Shown: positions 25,664 through 37,900 of the stretch, in pieces | Position numbering within the stretch: position 1 is the first letter of the stretch | Layout: each line of letters opens with the position of its first letter | Origin: Laetmonice hystrix | Lineage: Eukaryota | Assembly: GCA_965235115.1 (NCBI GenBank) | Contig: OZ249439.1 | Location: 29,078,001 to 29,142,000 of the forward strand | Length of the DNA: 64,000 nt | Direction: 5' to 3' | Program-made: the position numbers and the translations under genes | Notes under the pieces: generated by a model | What the model saw: the letters and a program-made list of their open reading frames with translations, nothing else | What the model was told of the DNA's origin: nothing | Database searches by the model: none

Positions 25664-25975
25664 TTAGTTCTGCTCCTCCTCTGGTTTGGGCGGGAAGCCC
25701 CAGGTGGCGCCACCGTTGCCAGCAGTACTCGGTCGCCAGATGTTGCCCAGTGTATTGAACAGGTCAAAGCTAGCGACGTTTCCCTGCGGCGGGCTGTTAG
25801 AGACCGGGTTATCGGCGGCTGCGGCGGCTGCGGCGGCGGCTGCGGCAGCGGCTGCGGCGGCGGCGGAGGACAGCATCGAGTCCTGAGGGCCGGCGTTGGT
25901 TCCTGTGCTCCAGATGGACGGGGCCGGGTTGGTCCACGCTCCGCTGGCTGGGTTGTCCCACAACACAGGCGCCAT
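25664..25975 (-). CDS. TMEM131: TMEM131 last coding exon (includes 17-Ala tract and stop)
   Basis: cccag|ATG GCG; MAPVLWDNP...[14 protein letters not shown]...[13 protein letters not shown]. The Trp-spaced C-terminus resembles TMEM131 tails. Alternative in-frame acceptors at 25999 and 26032. Confidence 0.88.
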   Translation of the reverse strand: MAPVLWDNPASGAWTNPAPSIWSTGTNAGPQDSMLSSAAAAAAAAAAAAAAAAADNPVSNSPPQGNVASFDLFNTLGNIWRPSTAGNGGATWGFPPKPEEEQN

Positions 25976-28900
25976 CTGGGGGCAGACATAAGGAACCAAC
26001 TGGTCACCACAGGAATTGTCGAAATCTGTCTTCTGCCAAAACTTTTCCCCCCCGATTTCAAGAAATCGTACTGATTAATCTGCCTCTACATTGTGTGCCC
26101 GCAAAATCACCCTCATTCGTTTATATGCATGACTGCTACTTTTTTTCCCACACTTTTTTGGAAACATTAATCATTTATCGCTAAGTTTCCCATGCCGTGG
26201 GAAAAATTTCAACATTACCCTGGAGATTCGACCCTGGCTGTGCCTTACCTGTGTCCGCGGTGGCGAGTTGGTCATGGTTGACCATGGCTCCACTGACGGC
26301 ACATTGTTGTCCCAGAAGCTGTGTTGCATGGGCATGTTGAAGCCAGGCCAGTCCTCACCCTGCACCAGACGCTGTTGGTAGTCAATGAGACGTTTACGTC
26401 GCTCGAGGCGAAGTCGCTGCATCATGGTTACCGGCTGCTCGTATCCACCGTTGCCAATGTTGAACTGAGCAAGACCTGCGAATGGTATTAAATGTCTATC
26501 ATTGGTACAGTGCCCAGCCTGGTACATCATAAAGTAAGTCATTCCATGAAATGTTACAATGTAGCATGTGAAATACACCTGAAGAAAGAAACCATTCCCA
26601 AACTGTGCGTATATTTCAGGTTGTGACAAGGACTCACCATCGGGACATTCGAAGGAGGTCGGTGGTTTGGTGTAGTTAGCCTTGATAATGTCTGGTTCAG
26701 GCTGGGCGGCCATCATTGGGTGCTGGGCCTCCTGGATTGGGTGAAGTCCTCCGTATCTGCAACAGTCACAGTCCACATGCTCAAATTAAAGGGGCATATT
26801 ATCAGGAAACGTTAAAAATCGGTATTTCATAGAACTTTTGCTGTTTTCATAAAGAGATCCTTCATTAGAATTGCTTGGTAAACAAAGACAGACTTATCAG
26901 TTTCATTTTGCGTGAGAAATCGAAGTTTATTAAGCTCCCTTGCCCGCTTCTATGCTGATTTCGTAAAATATTTTTTGGGTGGCATTCTGATGCCGGCGAT
27001 CGAGTGCCACTGCTGAATTGTTTACAACTAAGCAAAGCACGTGACTAAGCACATGCAGAGAGTGCACACACAGGATGTGACACAGTATGCAATTACACGG
27101 GTTGATGGGAGGTTGTCCGCCAAATTATGGCGGGAGATGTGCTATCGGGAGAAATCTATAGGTTTGGTCGTATAGAACCTACTTGTGCTGCATACGCAGC
27201 GAAAACACGTCGGAGGACAAAATGCTGTGGTAGGATTATTTACTTAGATCCCTAGTACATGGTCATGTTGGATAATTGCCGGAAATCCTCGAAAACGTGT
27301 TTCATAGCATGCCCCTTTAAGGACTTTTCCAGAAGTGCTACAATTTTTATTTCCTAAAGCAGGTTTGAGATACTTTTGTCGCAAGGTTTGGGTAAGGATG
27401 ACATAAAGTGTATTAAAGTACATGTATTAGCATTATTCTTCAGGTAAAATTAGCAACAATGAAATCGACACTTTCTTAATGTCTTTAAGGTATGAAATTG
27501 AAAATTCCAAGCTCTATCTTGGACTTTAATGCCCCCTCAAAGGGTTATTCCCCCATCATAACTTCCCCACAAAATATTTGGGCAGGGGTTTGGGTTAAGG
27601 TCAGGGATAGGGATATGTTTTTGGGAGGTGTAGGGACCGGGGTTAGGGATAACGTCATGGCTATGGATAATTTCATGGGTTTTAAGTTATCACGGGTGAT
27701 GTACCTCTCAAAGACCTCACTATATTACCCGTCTCTTACCCCATAGGTTCAGGCGTGGTCGGACTCCCAGCCATAGACGTCCACGGGTTCTTTCTCAGTC
27801 CTCCAGCTGCTCCGTTGGCTGTCGTTGGGGCCATGGGCACCTTCGGTGGCAAAGTCCGTGTTCCGATCGCACCCGGGTGTTTCAGGTCGTTGAGAACGCT
27901 ATTGAAGTTGGCGCTCGGCTTCTTGGCTACGGATGGTGCTGCTCCACTCCCATCAACTCCTCCTCCGACAAACTTCGGTCCCTTTCCACTCCGGGCGACA
28001 TCAGTGCTTCCGCTGGAGACGACGCTGGAGTAGCTCGACGAGCGTGACGAGGAGGTCAGAGGATCGGGCGAGGGGCCTCGAGCGCCGACTGATGACGTCA
28101 CAGATGGTCCTGTCATTGGCTTGGAGTGCTTGGCTGCGAACACCTCGGTTTGCAGGGCGAGCTCGCTGAGATCACCTGCAAAAATCAGCCTCTGTTGGTC
28201 AGCGCCTGCACACATCCTCAACTCAGACAGACACCCACAGCTCAGTACGTGTACACCACTCTTCCCCCAACTCCAAAATTACAACAGTGTCTGACAAACA
28301 AACTCATTTTGTTACAAATATCAAAAATATAAAATAAAAAAAAATTCATATCGACAAATAAGCTCTTCTCAGAAACTCAGAAAGGTGAAAAACAAACAAA
28401 ACAATAACAGAAAAATCATCTGTCATCTACTCACAAAATTTCCTACTACACGTAGATGTTTAGCGTTCTAATACAAATCAACAAAATGAATTGATAATAA
28501 GATATTTCAAAACAATTGACTTAAACCTATAATACCAAAGCACTCCTTCAGTAAGTTTCAAAAACTTGCTCTACGCTGCGACTTACATATCCCCTCCACC
28601 TGTTAAAATCCAAAGTATATACAGCACAGATAAAGATATTAGAGGTGCTTCAACATACTGCCATCTATAAAGCTCAAAGTGCTGATCGTACTATGAAACT
28701 ACTGCCACAGGCTCTTTGAATTTCAAAGACGTGGAAAGACACACAGACAGGCAGACACACAGAGACAGACGAGGTGGACAGGCCCCTGGACAAACTTTGT
28801 GAGGCCCAAGCAAGGTGCTGTTTGTAACTTTGCTTAACTGTATTTTTCTTTTGAAATGCACGGGCATCAGGGGTAACCCAATTACTTTGACAATGTCCCT

Positions 28901-31900
28901 AAAGAGAAAAGTTGTATAGTCCTCTACAGGAATCGAACCCAGGCCCTAAGATTACTGCACCCATTCGCATAGCATAAGGTGTCGACGTATTCAGAACCAA
29001 GACAGGGCGACACAACACAGCGACGTGCATCATGACGTCAGCGGCCTGGCTTCATAACGGTTCTCTAGGATTTGATGGTTCTGTCATACGATTATTTACT
29101 GCTGGTGTAACTGATTCTCAAGACCTTTTAGATTTTCACGAAAATGCAGAACCGTTGTGTAAAATCTAGATAAATTCTGAATCGGTGGCTGTTGATCGCG
29201 AGGCTAATTAACTGTCTTGAATCTGAATACGGTTTCAGTTACCATAACATTCCTTCCTACCCCACCCGACCCCGTCTGGTTTCCTTGTACAATTTCTTAG
29301 CCTCCCCCACCCGCAACATTCACGATAACATGCCCTAATTAACACATTCTCCCAAACTTAATCAGTTGCACTCACACTGACAACCCCGACCCGCTCTTAT
29401 GCCACGTGTTCTCAACCATGAAGTTACAGGAATAACTATAAGGGTGCATCAAATTATACTGATAAAATTCTTGGATAATGATACGGGAAGGACGAAGAAT
29501 AACAATTAAATATAGAGGTGTTTGTTATTTTAAATAATTTGTTGCGCAAGATTTCTTTCCATCAGAAAACACTGCCGTCAAATTGAAGCTGGTCACTTTC
29601 CGCACTCCGAAAGCATCTCAAATCTTGGTGCACCCTACTCCAGTGCTCGACAAATTCTGCACATTTTGAAACATCTAATTTCTTTACAACGTGGAAACTT
29701 GGCTATGCCTACAGATGTAAACTTTCGATACACAATAGAAGGTGTCCATGTAATTTGTCGAGCACTGTGCTGACAGGTTTTCCCACAGCCCACGATCCCG
29801 CCACCTGAGAGAGGACCGTATATTTATTACAATACCCTGGGGCGGCGAGGTGGAACGTTTTGGCATGTCCCACACTGGGGGTGGGGACTCATTACCCCGG
29901 TCACTATCTGTGTCTGAGCGGAGAGCCACCGCCGCCGCCGCTGCCAAACTGGCCTCGGCTGTCACAACACAACACAAACAATACGAATAGATCAGTAACC
30001 ATGGCTTCCCTTCACTCTCTGACATCAGACTGACAACAAAAAACATTCAACCACAAACGTACATCCTCCATCCACTCTACCCCATCCCTCAATTCGTTTC
30101 TCTCTCATGATTTCTCTCTCTAACCGCGTCTCAATTTTGACCGAGAAAACTCCTATAAAAAACAGCTCAAGACCGTAATGCTATTAGGCTTTCATGTGTA
30201 CCAACATTTTTACAGTCGCCTTTGTCCTTTTCAGAAGTTCCTGCGAGTTCCTCATGATTTCTCTCTCTAACCGCATCTCAATTTTGACCGAGAAAACGCC
30301 TATAAAAAAACAGCTCAAGACCGTAATGCTATTAGGCTTTCATGTGTACCAACATTTTTACAGTTGGCTTTGTCCTTTTCGGAAGTTCCTGCGAGAAATC
30401 ATGTTATCTACGGTGTTTCGGAAACAGATTCATGCACAATCCAAGTTTGTACTCTGTTGGATGGCAAACATAGACCAGAGGATCGAATGTTTTCACTGTA
30501 CTGTCTCAAACACCTGGCAAGTAGACCGCTTATTCTCAGTCGGATGTATGCCCCCACAGGACTATTCTAAACAATGTAAGTCTGTTAACTTTTAAAATCC
30601 TCAGGATGTAGCTTTCAGGCATGAGAGTGACGACTGAAAAAAAGGTCTGAAAATTTCCGGGGCTATGGAAAATGGCGAGGCCCTTGGGATATCAAGGGGC
30701 AAAGCCCCTGTAAGCTGAGCAAACAAAATCAGGTATCTTAGAGTTTTCACAAAACACCGTTTGCATCAAGACTTTATGCCAGGATGAGGCAATGTTGCAA
30801 TGTTTGCTGGCAAGTTTTGATGAATTCGAACAGGTTTCACCCTCACCCCCCCCCCCCCCATCATAATGCATTTTGAGATCTCAACGGATTTGCATCGATC
30901 TCAATGACCACAAATTTGGATGTAAAAAAATCGGAATTCCGAGAATAATCGGAACACTCTCATGCCTGAGCTTTTGACTTGGAAATAATTTCGCATGATC
31001 AGGGCACCAATATTAATAGCTGGCAAATATGCCTAAATATGAACACTGTAGCAAACTCATTCCCTGGTCTTTGTCCATATGACCGACGACATCTGTTGAT
31101 AATGTTGCCACATCATGTGTTAAAACTATCTAGAGTTAGACGCCAATGACAATTTTAACATGCAGTGGTTAGGAGATTATCAATGACATTCTAATTGGGT
31201 GAAACAAAACCTACGGTAAATGTCATGTCACACTGATTCTATGTTACGTTTTCTAATGTTAAAAGTGCAACGAATCAATACTTTTCTACCGTAAAACGAT
31301 AATATCTGACACTGACGCACTTCAAAGCCATGCATAAAGCAAGAAGATCGTATCCATACCGTTTCCCTTGGTCTGTTTTGTCATTTTGTTCTTCATGCTT
31401 TTCTTCAGGGGGCGCTCCAGACTGATTGTCGAGGGCATGTCAGCTCCCGTGCCCTTAGCAGCCTCAAGTCTAGTCGTGTAGGGCAACTCCAGGGTGCTGC
31501 AACGTAACGATTCAAACACACGTCTTACTATCTCAACCTATACACAGAGTTGTTCTGTGGCACAATGACCAGTATTAAAACACTCTCGACTACCACCCAC
31601 CGTGATTGTAGAAGACAGAGTGCAAAGGATTCTTTCTTTCGGCAGACTTATTCAAAAGGCAAAAGAGAGTACAAAATGATTTCGGGTGTGCGACTTACCT
31701 AGGACGGTGAATGTTGCCTCCAAATGCATTTTTGGGGTCGACTTTGATCTTCTTGTGAGCCTTGGACTTGGAGGTGATAACGAACTCGTCATCGTTGTTG
31801 TCCTCATCCTCGAGTTCCACGCGTTTCTTGTCCTTTCGCACACGGGTCTTCTTCTTGGAAGCTGGAGGTTCTGGGGTCGACTCCCTTGCACTCGATGTCT

Positions 31901-34900
31901 GCAAGACAGGACATCCTTTAGCAAACTGACACAGCAGCAAACTTCAAGGTTCGACACCAACACGGTAACTTAAAGAGGCCTTGGTGTTTGCTCTCAGTAA
32001 ACCCACCTTATCGTCAGCCTCGGCACTAGAAGACTCCGTCGTGGTGGATGAGGTGTCATCTTTGTCGTTCTCAATGAGCAGTTCGTGGTGACGGAAAGAT
32101 TCCTTGCTAGGTCGCATATCTCGGCACTCAACTTTCTTGATTTTCCGCTGCCGGAGTCTCTTTAGCACTGGACACCAGGAGACAGCGCAAGTTAGAACTA
32201 CTGAGACTAGATCAAATTGATTGCACAGCTTATCCAGCAATGAAATAAGGACATTCTTTAACTTAAGGGGCTTGGATATATTTACCGGATAAAAAACCTT
32301 GAAGTAACACCCACTGTGTACCAGATATCAACACAAAAACAAACAAAAATTTCTTGAATTTCTAGCAATGGTAACTGATTCGACGGAATGCTCACCTTCC
32401 TTCTTGGAGCTGTCATCAAAATCTTCTGTGATGACGGAGATGTCTGGTGCTTCGATGACGTCCAGTTGGTTCATGCTGACCCGTTCCACCTTCCGACTGG
32501 GCGGTGGTGCTGTCACTCGGGTCGGCTCAATTCTGTGGTCTTTCTCGGGCTGGATCTTGTGGTCGGCGTCTGACACTCGACGGTGGACACCGGCGCCACC
32601 AAGTGAAGAGGTCAGGAGGTCCCGGTGGTGGCCGGGCCCCTGGCTGGACAAGTTGCTATTGGCAACCGGGTTGTTGTGATTGCTACCTTGCTTCTTGTTG
32701 TTGTTGCTAGGGTTGTTGTTGTCGTTGGAGCCAGAGAGCTCCATGAAATTGCTGAGATCAGCGTTCTGACGCTTAGCTGCCTTGGATTTTTTGCTCGGTA
32801 CCTTGAGCCCGGCTGGCATCTTGTTATCACTGGTAGAGGAGGAGGCAATGTCGCTAGGAGGTCCTGGTTTCTCAGAATTATGTTTTATGTTGTTGGATGT
32901 GTTATGATTGCGGATGTCCTTCTCGCGCGAGTTCTGACGCTCAGCGGTGCGTGTCACTGCTGGGCTCTCGCTGTGGGGTCGTTTAGCAAAGAATGACTTG
33001 AGAAGGTTAACGAGCCAGAATCCGTTGGATGACTTTCTTTTTGTCTGCAGTTCGACGTGGCCGTTGCTGGCATCATGGGCCGTGGCCTTCTGCTGGGATG
33101 GGACTGATGGGACGTCGTGTGATGATGCCGCGGCTGCTGCCGGCGGCGGCACCAACATGGGGCGCGCCCCTCCTATTGTCTTCAGGTCTAACACCCGGCC
33201 TTTTTCAAAGGCCATTTGTGTCATGCACATCTTTGAGCGGCGTTTTAGGATATCGGCAGTAAAAATTCGGTCGGCATCAAAGTATGAAGCGACGAGTATA
33301 CATAAGAGGAGAAATGACATGATGCATATGGTAGAATAGTAGAGGATGGGTTCCCACGGGGGGCGAGGTAACGCGGCTGCACACTTTGTCAGCATGTGTG
33401 AGGGGATACTAGCCTCAAGGGTGTAGTTGACCGAGGGCCCCAGGCTGGTAAACACAGACAGGGTGCGCCTCATGCGAGACATCGTAAAATCTGGAGTAAA
33501 CCTGCAATCATAACAATATCAACAGGTCTTAGGATCCCATTATTTTCTTAACTTTTATTAAGAATGTATCTGTAATTTGATGTCTTTTCATGACTGAATC
33601 AATAGATTGTTATGGCATTGAAGTACTATTACTGCAGACCAAAAATAATTTTTGACATATCTTAGAGAAACAATTGACCGTTTTTTAAAAGACAGATCTA
33701 CTTTACTTGCTACCCTGTCCAGGAAAATCACCCTCCCAATTTTACCCCTATCCTCTATCTCGCGACATCAAAGATTGTCTGTATGACAAAATTTCGATAC
33801 TTACGCTATATCGACTTTCCTACTGGTGTTTGGCAAGAGTTCAAACCCTTTACAGTCGATCACCTTGAAGCCATATCCCTCGCATGGCGAGTCGTTGATA
33901 CTAAACCCATGCACCCAGAATGGCAGCTGACCGGTGTTACGGGCAGTGAATGTGCGCTTTACGGTAAAAGTTGGCAGGGTCGTCTTACTCTGCTTTTTTT
34001 CTGTGGGGGTAAATGAGACGTTCAGCAACAATGTGACAACCATTTCAGGCAGTTGTAATCAAGGTGGGGGGAATGGCTACAATTTACATTTAGGTACAAG
34101 GAATAATATTTTGTAGGATGAATATTTTGTATGGTATTGCCATTTTATGTTTTGTTATTATATTTCATATTTATAGACTATAATGTCCGGGAGGAGATAT
34201 CTGGATATACTTACTGTCACAACTTTTAAGATGTTTCTCCGTCATGTCAAACAGTAGTGGCATTTGAGATCCAACTTTTTTATTATTGAAGCGTATCTCC
34301 CCACGCCCCCCCTGACCTTGAACTACGATGGTGTCAATGATGGTCAAGTTGTTTCTGGAGAAAAATAACAAAGCCTGCACCTTTAATATCACCTTACAAT
34401 ACAAGCAACTCTTTTGGTTGAATGTAAAAATAAATCATTCTTATCACAGCAGTTTCATCTTTTCAGTCGTTGAGAAACCTGAATTGTTTTTTAAAGAAAT
34501 TAAAACAAATTATGAATCTTAAAACCTGCACTAGAACCACTTAGGACGTGCTGCATCACCTGGCCCACACAATTAGCAACAATGCTGACATAATCCAGCA
34601 ATCCCACAATCCAAGGTCTACAAGCAGCACTGAACGACCATGTCCCATCTATACTATATTTACATTTATACGTTTGTCGACGAAAATTTATGTATCGGAA
34701 GATCGTTATTCAAACAAGATAATCCAAAATAAAAATAAAACATACCGTATTATGATAAGAGATGTCCTAGATAAATCATCCTTTGGGGTGAAACCTATAC
34801 GTAGGTTGGCCTTCTTGGAGCCCTCCAGGAGCATGGTATACGTCTGACGATGGGGTTTCACCCCCAGACTGTTCTCCACTGCTCGACGTGTCTCAGTGGC

Positions 34901-37900
34901 TGTGCTGGTAGTGGTGTGCTGAAAATTACACACCAACTCTCAATGTTAGCTACATTTCAGCATTTCAATGCCTATCTTAATTTTTTTTCTCCACGACATC
35001 ACATCTTTTTTGTATGACATATCTATATGAACTGAACACATGTATGGAGAAGTCCAACAAATAAATTCCTTCGGATTTAGATTAACTGTTGAGTTTGTTT
35101 TCAGTATGATTCTTACAGTAAACTGTTCCAGGTCTTGTAAGGTGAAGACGTCTAGATCATCCATTTCTATGAAGTCACTAAAGTCTGACGATAATCTGGA
35201 ACATACAAATGACAAAAACACTTAGAGTATGATAAATTTTCACATTCCTTTGCGACTAAGCATTTTCTAAACTACTTCCAACACCACAGAACTTTTAAAC
35301 CTTTACTAAGACAAAAAGACTTTTTCAGGACTTAGTCCACACAATGGTTGCCTTTACGGCCCACATGGCCGCCTTAGTGAGGTTTCAACATTTCTTTAGT
35401 TAATGCTGTTATTTGGTGTATTCTAAGGAAATCTCAGCAACAAAATGTTCAGCTGCAGATAATGTAGCAAGAAGAACGGAACAAGGTCAGATTTTCGTTA
35501 ATTTCAAGACTTTTGTGATGAAAACTGAAATCAGGACGTTTTAACCAACTATTTCCCATGTCAAGGCTGTAGTAGCAAACAGTGGTAGTGACTTACTTTG
35601 GACTGATGAGGTCGACGATAGTTTGCGGGACTGGGTAGAGAGAGAGAGGAAGAACCTGGACGAGAACGGGAACACCTGCCGGGTTCTCGACTGTGAGCTC
35701 GGTCACCTGTATACGGAGCGTGTGGTATGTAACCATGGCAACTTAAATATGTCATCTTCATTTACATGACATGAATCACTGTATTTGGCTGATTTGAAAC
35801 CAGGGAAACCAGTAGTAGTGCTACTTTTAAAATATCCTTATTTGTGGCCCGTAAACAAGCATGATCAGTTCGCAAGGTTTTCAAAATTATCAAAAATATT
35901 TTACAGCATATTGTGAGACACACATAAATATCTGCATTCAATTTGGAAAAACAGAAGAATAAAATGCTTCGACTATTCTGTATAAGACAGCAAAAGTATA
36001 CTCACAGATAAATTTCCTATTTGAGTCAGAGGAAACTTAATTTTGGACTTTTTAGTTAAGGAGGGCCAGTGAAGGTGTGCTTGGGCTGGGAATAAAAAAC
36101 CCCGAACTTGGTTGGTGTCGAGTTGTATTGTAACATTGATTCTGGAACAAAGAAAAGAATTTCAACACACTCGAGATCTTATGACAAATTACGGTAAGTC
36201 AAACCGCTGGCGCTCCCATTCAGCCAATGACATTTTCTCCCTTGAATTTTCCATAAAAACCTCTGCCTCATGGTATATTTACCTTTCAAGTCTACATGTT
36301 TTAAAGAAATTATTTTACTACAATTTTTACATTCCTCAGCCAGTTGCTATGAAACAATTTTCTGATGTCGGCCTTAGACTGCGGTGTTTGACTCACGTGG
36401 AGAGCTGCTGATGGCCCAGGTTTTGCCACTTCTGCTGAAAGCGTGTGTACAGATATTGGTCTGTGTCCGCTACGTCTTTGTCCAGTGTTGCCCCGAGCAA
36501 CCACTGATGACCCGCTGTGGAAGGCCAGATGTATACTCATTAACAATCAGACTGAACGCTTGTCTAAAAAAATACGGCGAGTGAACGGTAAAACTGACAC
36601 TGAATTCTTCAGTACATTTTATGGGTGGAACTGCTAGTTGTAGTTCACATACCTGGTATATAGGTTGGTAAGCCTACATAACAATCCTGTCGACACTCTT
36701 TCTTTGGGTCAAAATAAATTTTACCAATCTGAAAAAAAAAGAGCATTTTCTTTCTTATTTCAGTATTTTTCTTGCATAGTTTTTATAATCAATACAGTAC
36801 ATTTCAAATTCCCAGTTTATAATTTCCCTGAATGTTAATCGATGCACATCTTCTGCTTGGGATAGAAATTTTACCCCTATTAATAACGAAACTATTAATA
36901 ATGATCACACGACAAAAAGGTTCAACTTTCTTGCAACTTATTTTGTCGCTTACCATATTGTCACGGTGAGGCTCAAGGCTGGTGGCTTTGCCTTGGTCGG
37001 GTGGCACGTAGTAAAAGCGTGTATCGTTTGGCTGGAACGTCACGTGGCGTACCTCCATGATGTTATCAAACGAACTGTGCATCTTCAACTCCTGGTATGG
37101 GGTCTTACCCTGCAACAGATATCACCCGGCGGTCTCACAACTCTGCTTGCTGACGTCATCTTATCATCACCCGACAGTCTTCTAGATGCTACCCAACCAA
37201 TGCACATGATTCATACCATTATTAAAACATGCAATTTTCTTTTCTTTTTTGAATAATTTTAAATAATTTAGGGCACAGCCAACCTCCATCCTACCCTGCT
37301 CCATTTTACCTAAGCTCTTATTTCAGTCTCGACATCTGGGATGTGTTTCACAACAATCGTAACCCTGTCGTGCGTAAAAATCCCCATTGAAAATACATTG
37401 GTGATTACAATACGACAAGCTAACGACAGGTTGTGAAACGCACCCGACTACTAATCATCGGTATACTTACAGGGAAACACTTTTCAAAGACGACTTTGTC
37501 GGGCACGGCGTTAAGACTTCCTTCTGCTGTCCGTAACGTGAGAGGAATGTACAGATTCTAAAAAGTCAATACATGAAACAATTACTCACCGTATCCCTCA
37601 ATACAGGCCGAGGTGACAACGGGCAATGGCATATACATAGTGGAAACAGTTTGACACTATTATAGGGATAGAAGGATATAGTGGAAACAAAGTTTGACAC
37701 TATTATAGGGATAGGATATAGTGGAAACAAAGTTTGACACTATTATAGGGATAGGATATAGTGGAAACAAACAGTTTGACACTATTATAGGGATAGGATA
37801 TAGTGGAAACAAACAGTTTGACACTATTATAGGGATAGGATATAGTGGAAACAAACAGTTTGACACTATTATAGGGATAGGATATAGTGGAAACAAACAG

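Noticed and set aside
25643-26074. Plus-strand 143-aa ORF and minus-strand 25660-26061 ORF
   Set aside because: Antisense and alternative-frame shadows of the GC-rich last TMEM131 exon
28911-28980. Functional tRNA gene
   Set aside because: B-box present, but T-stem and acceptor stem do not pair; kept only as a SINE-like remnant
27755-33339. Several plus-strand ORFs (27755, 27933, 31686, 32368, 32625, 32947 and others)
   Set aside because: Antisense shadows of TMEM131 coding exons
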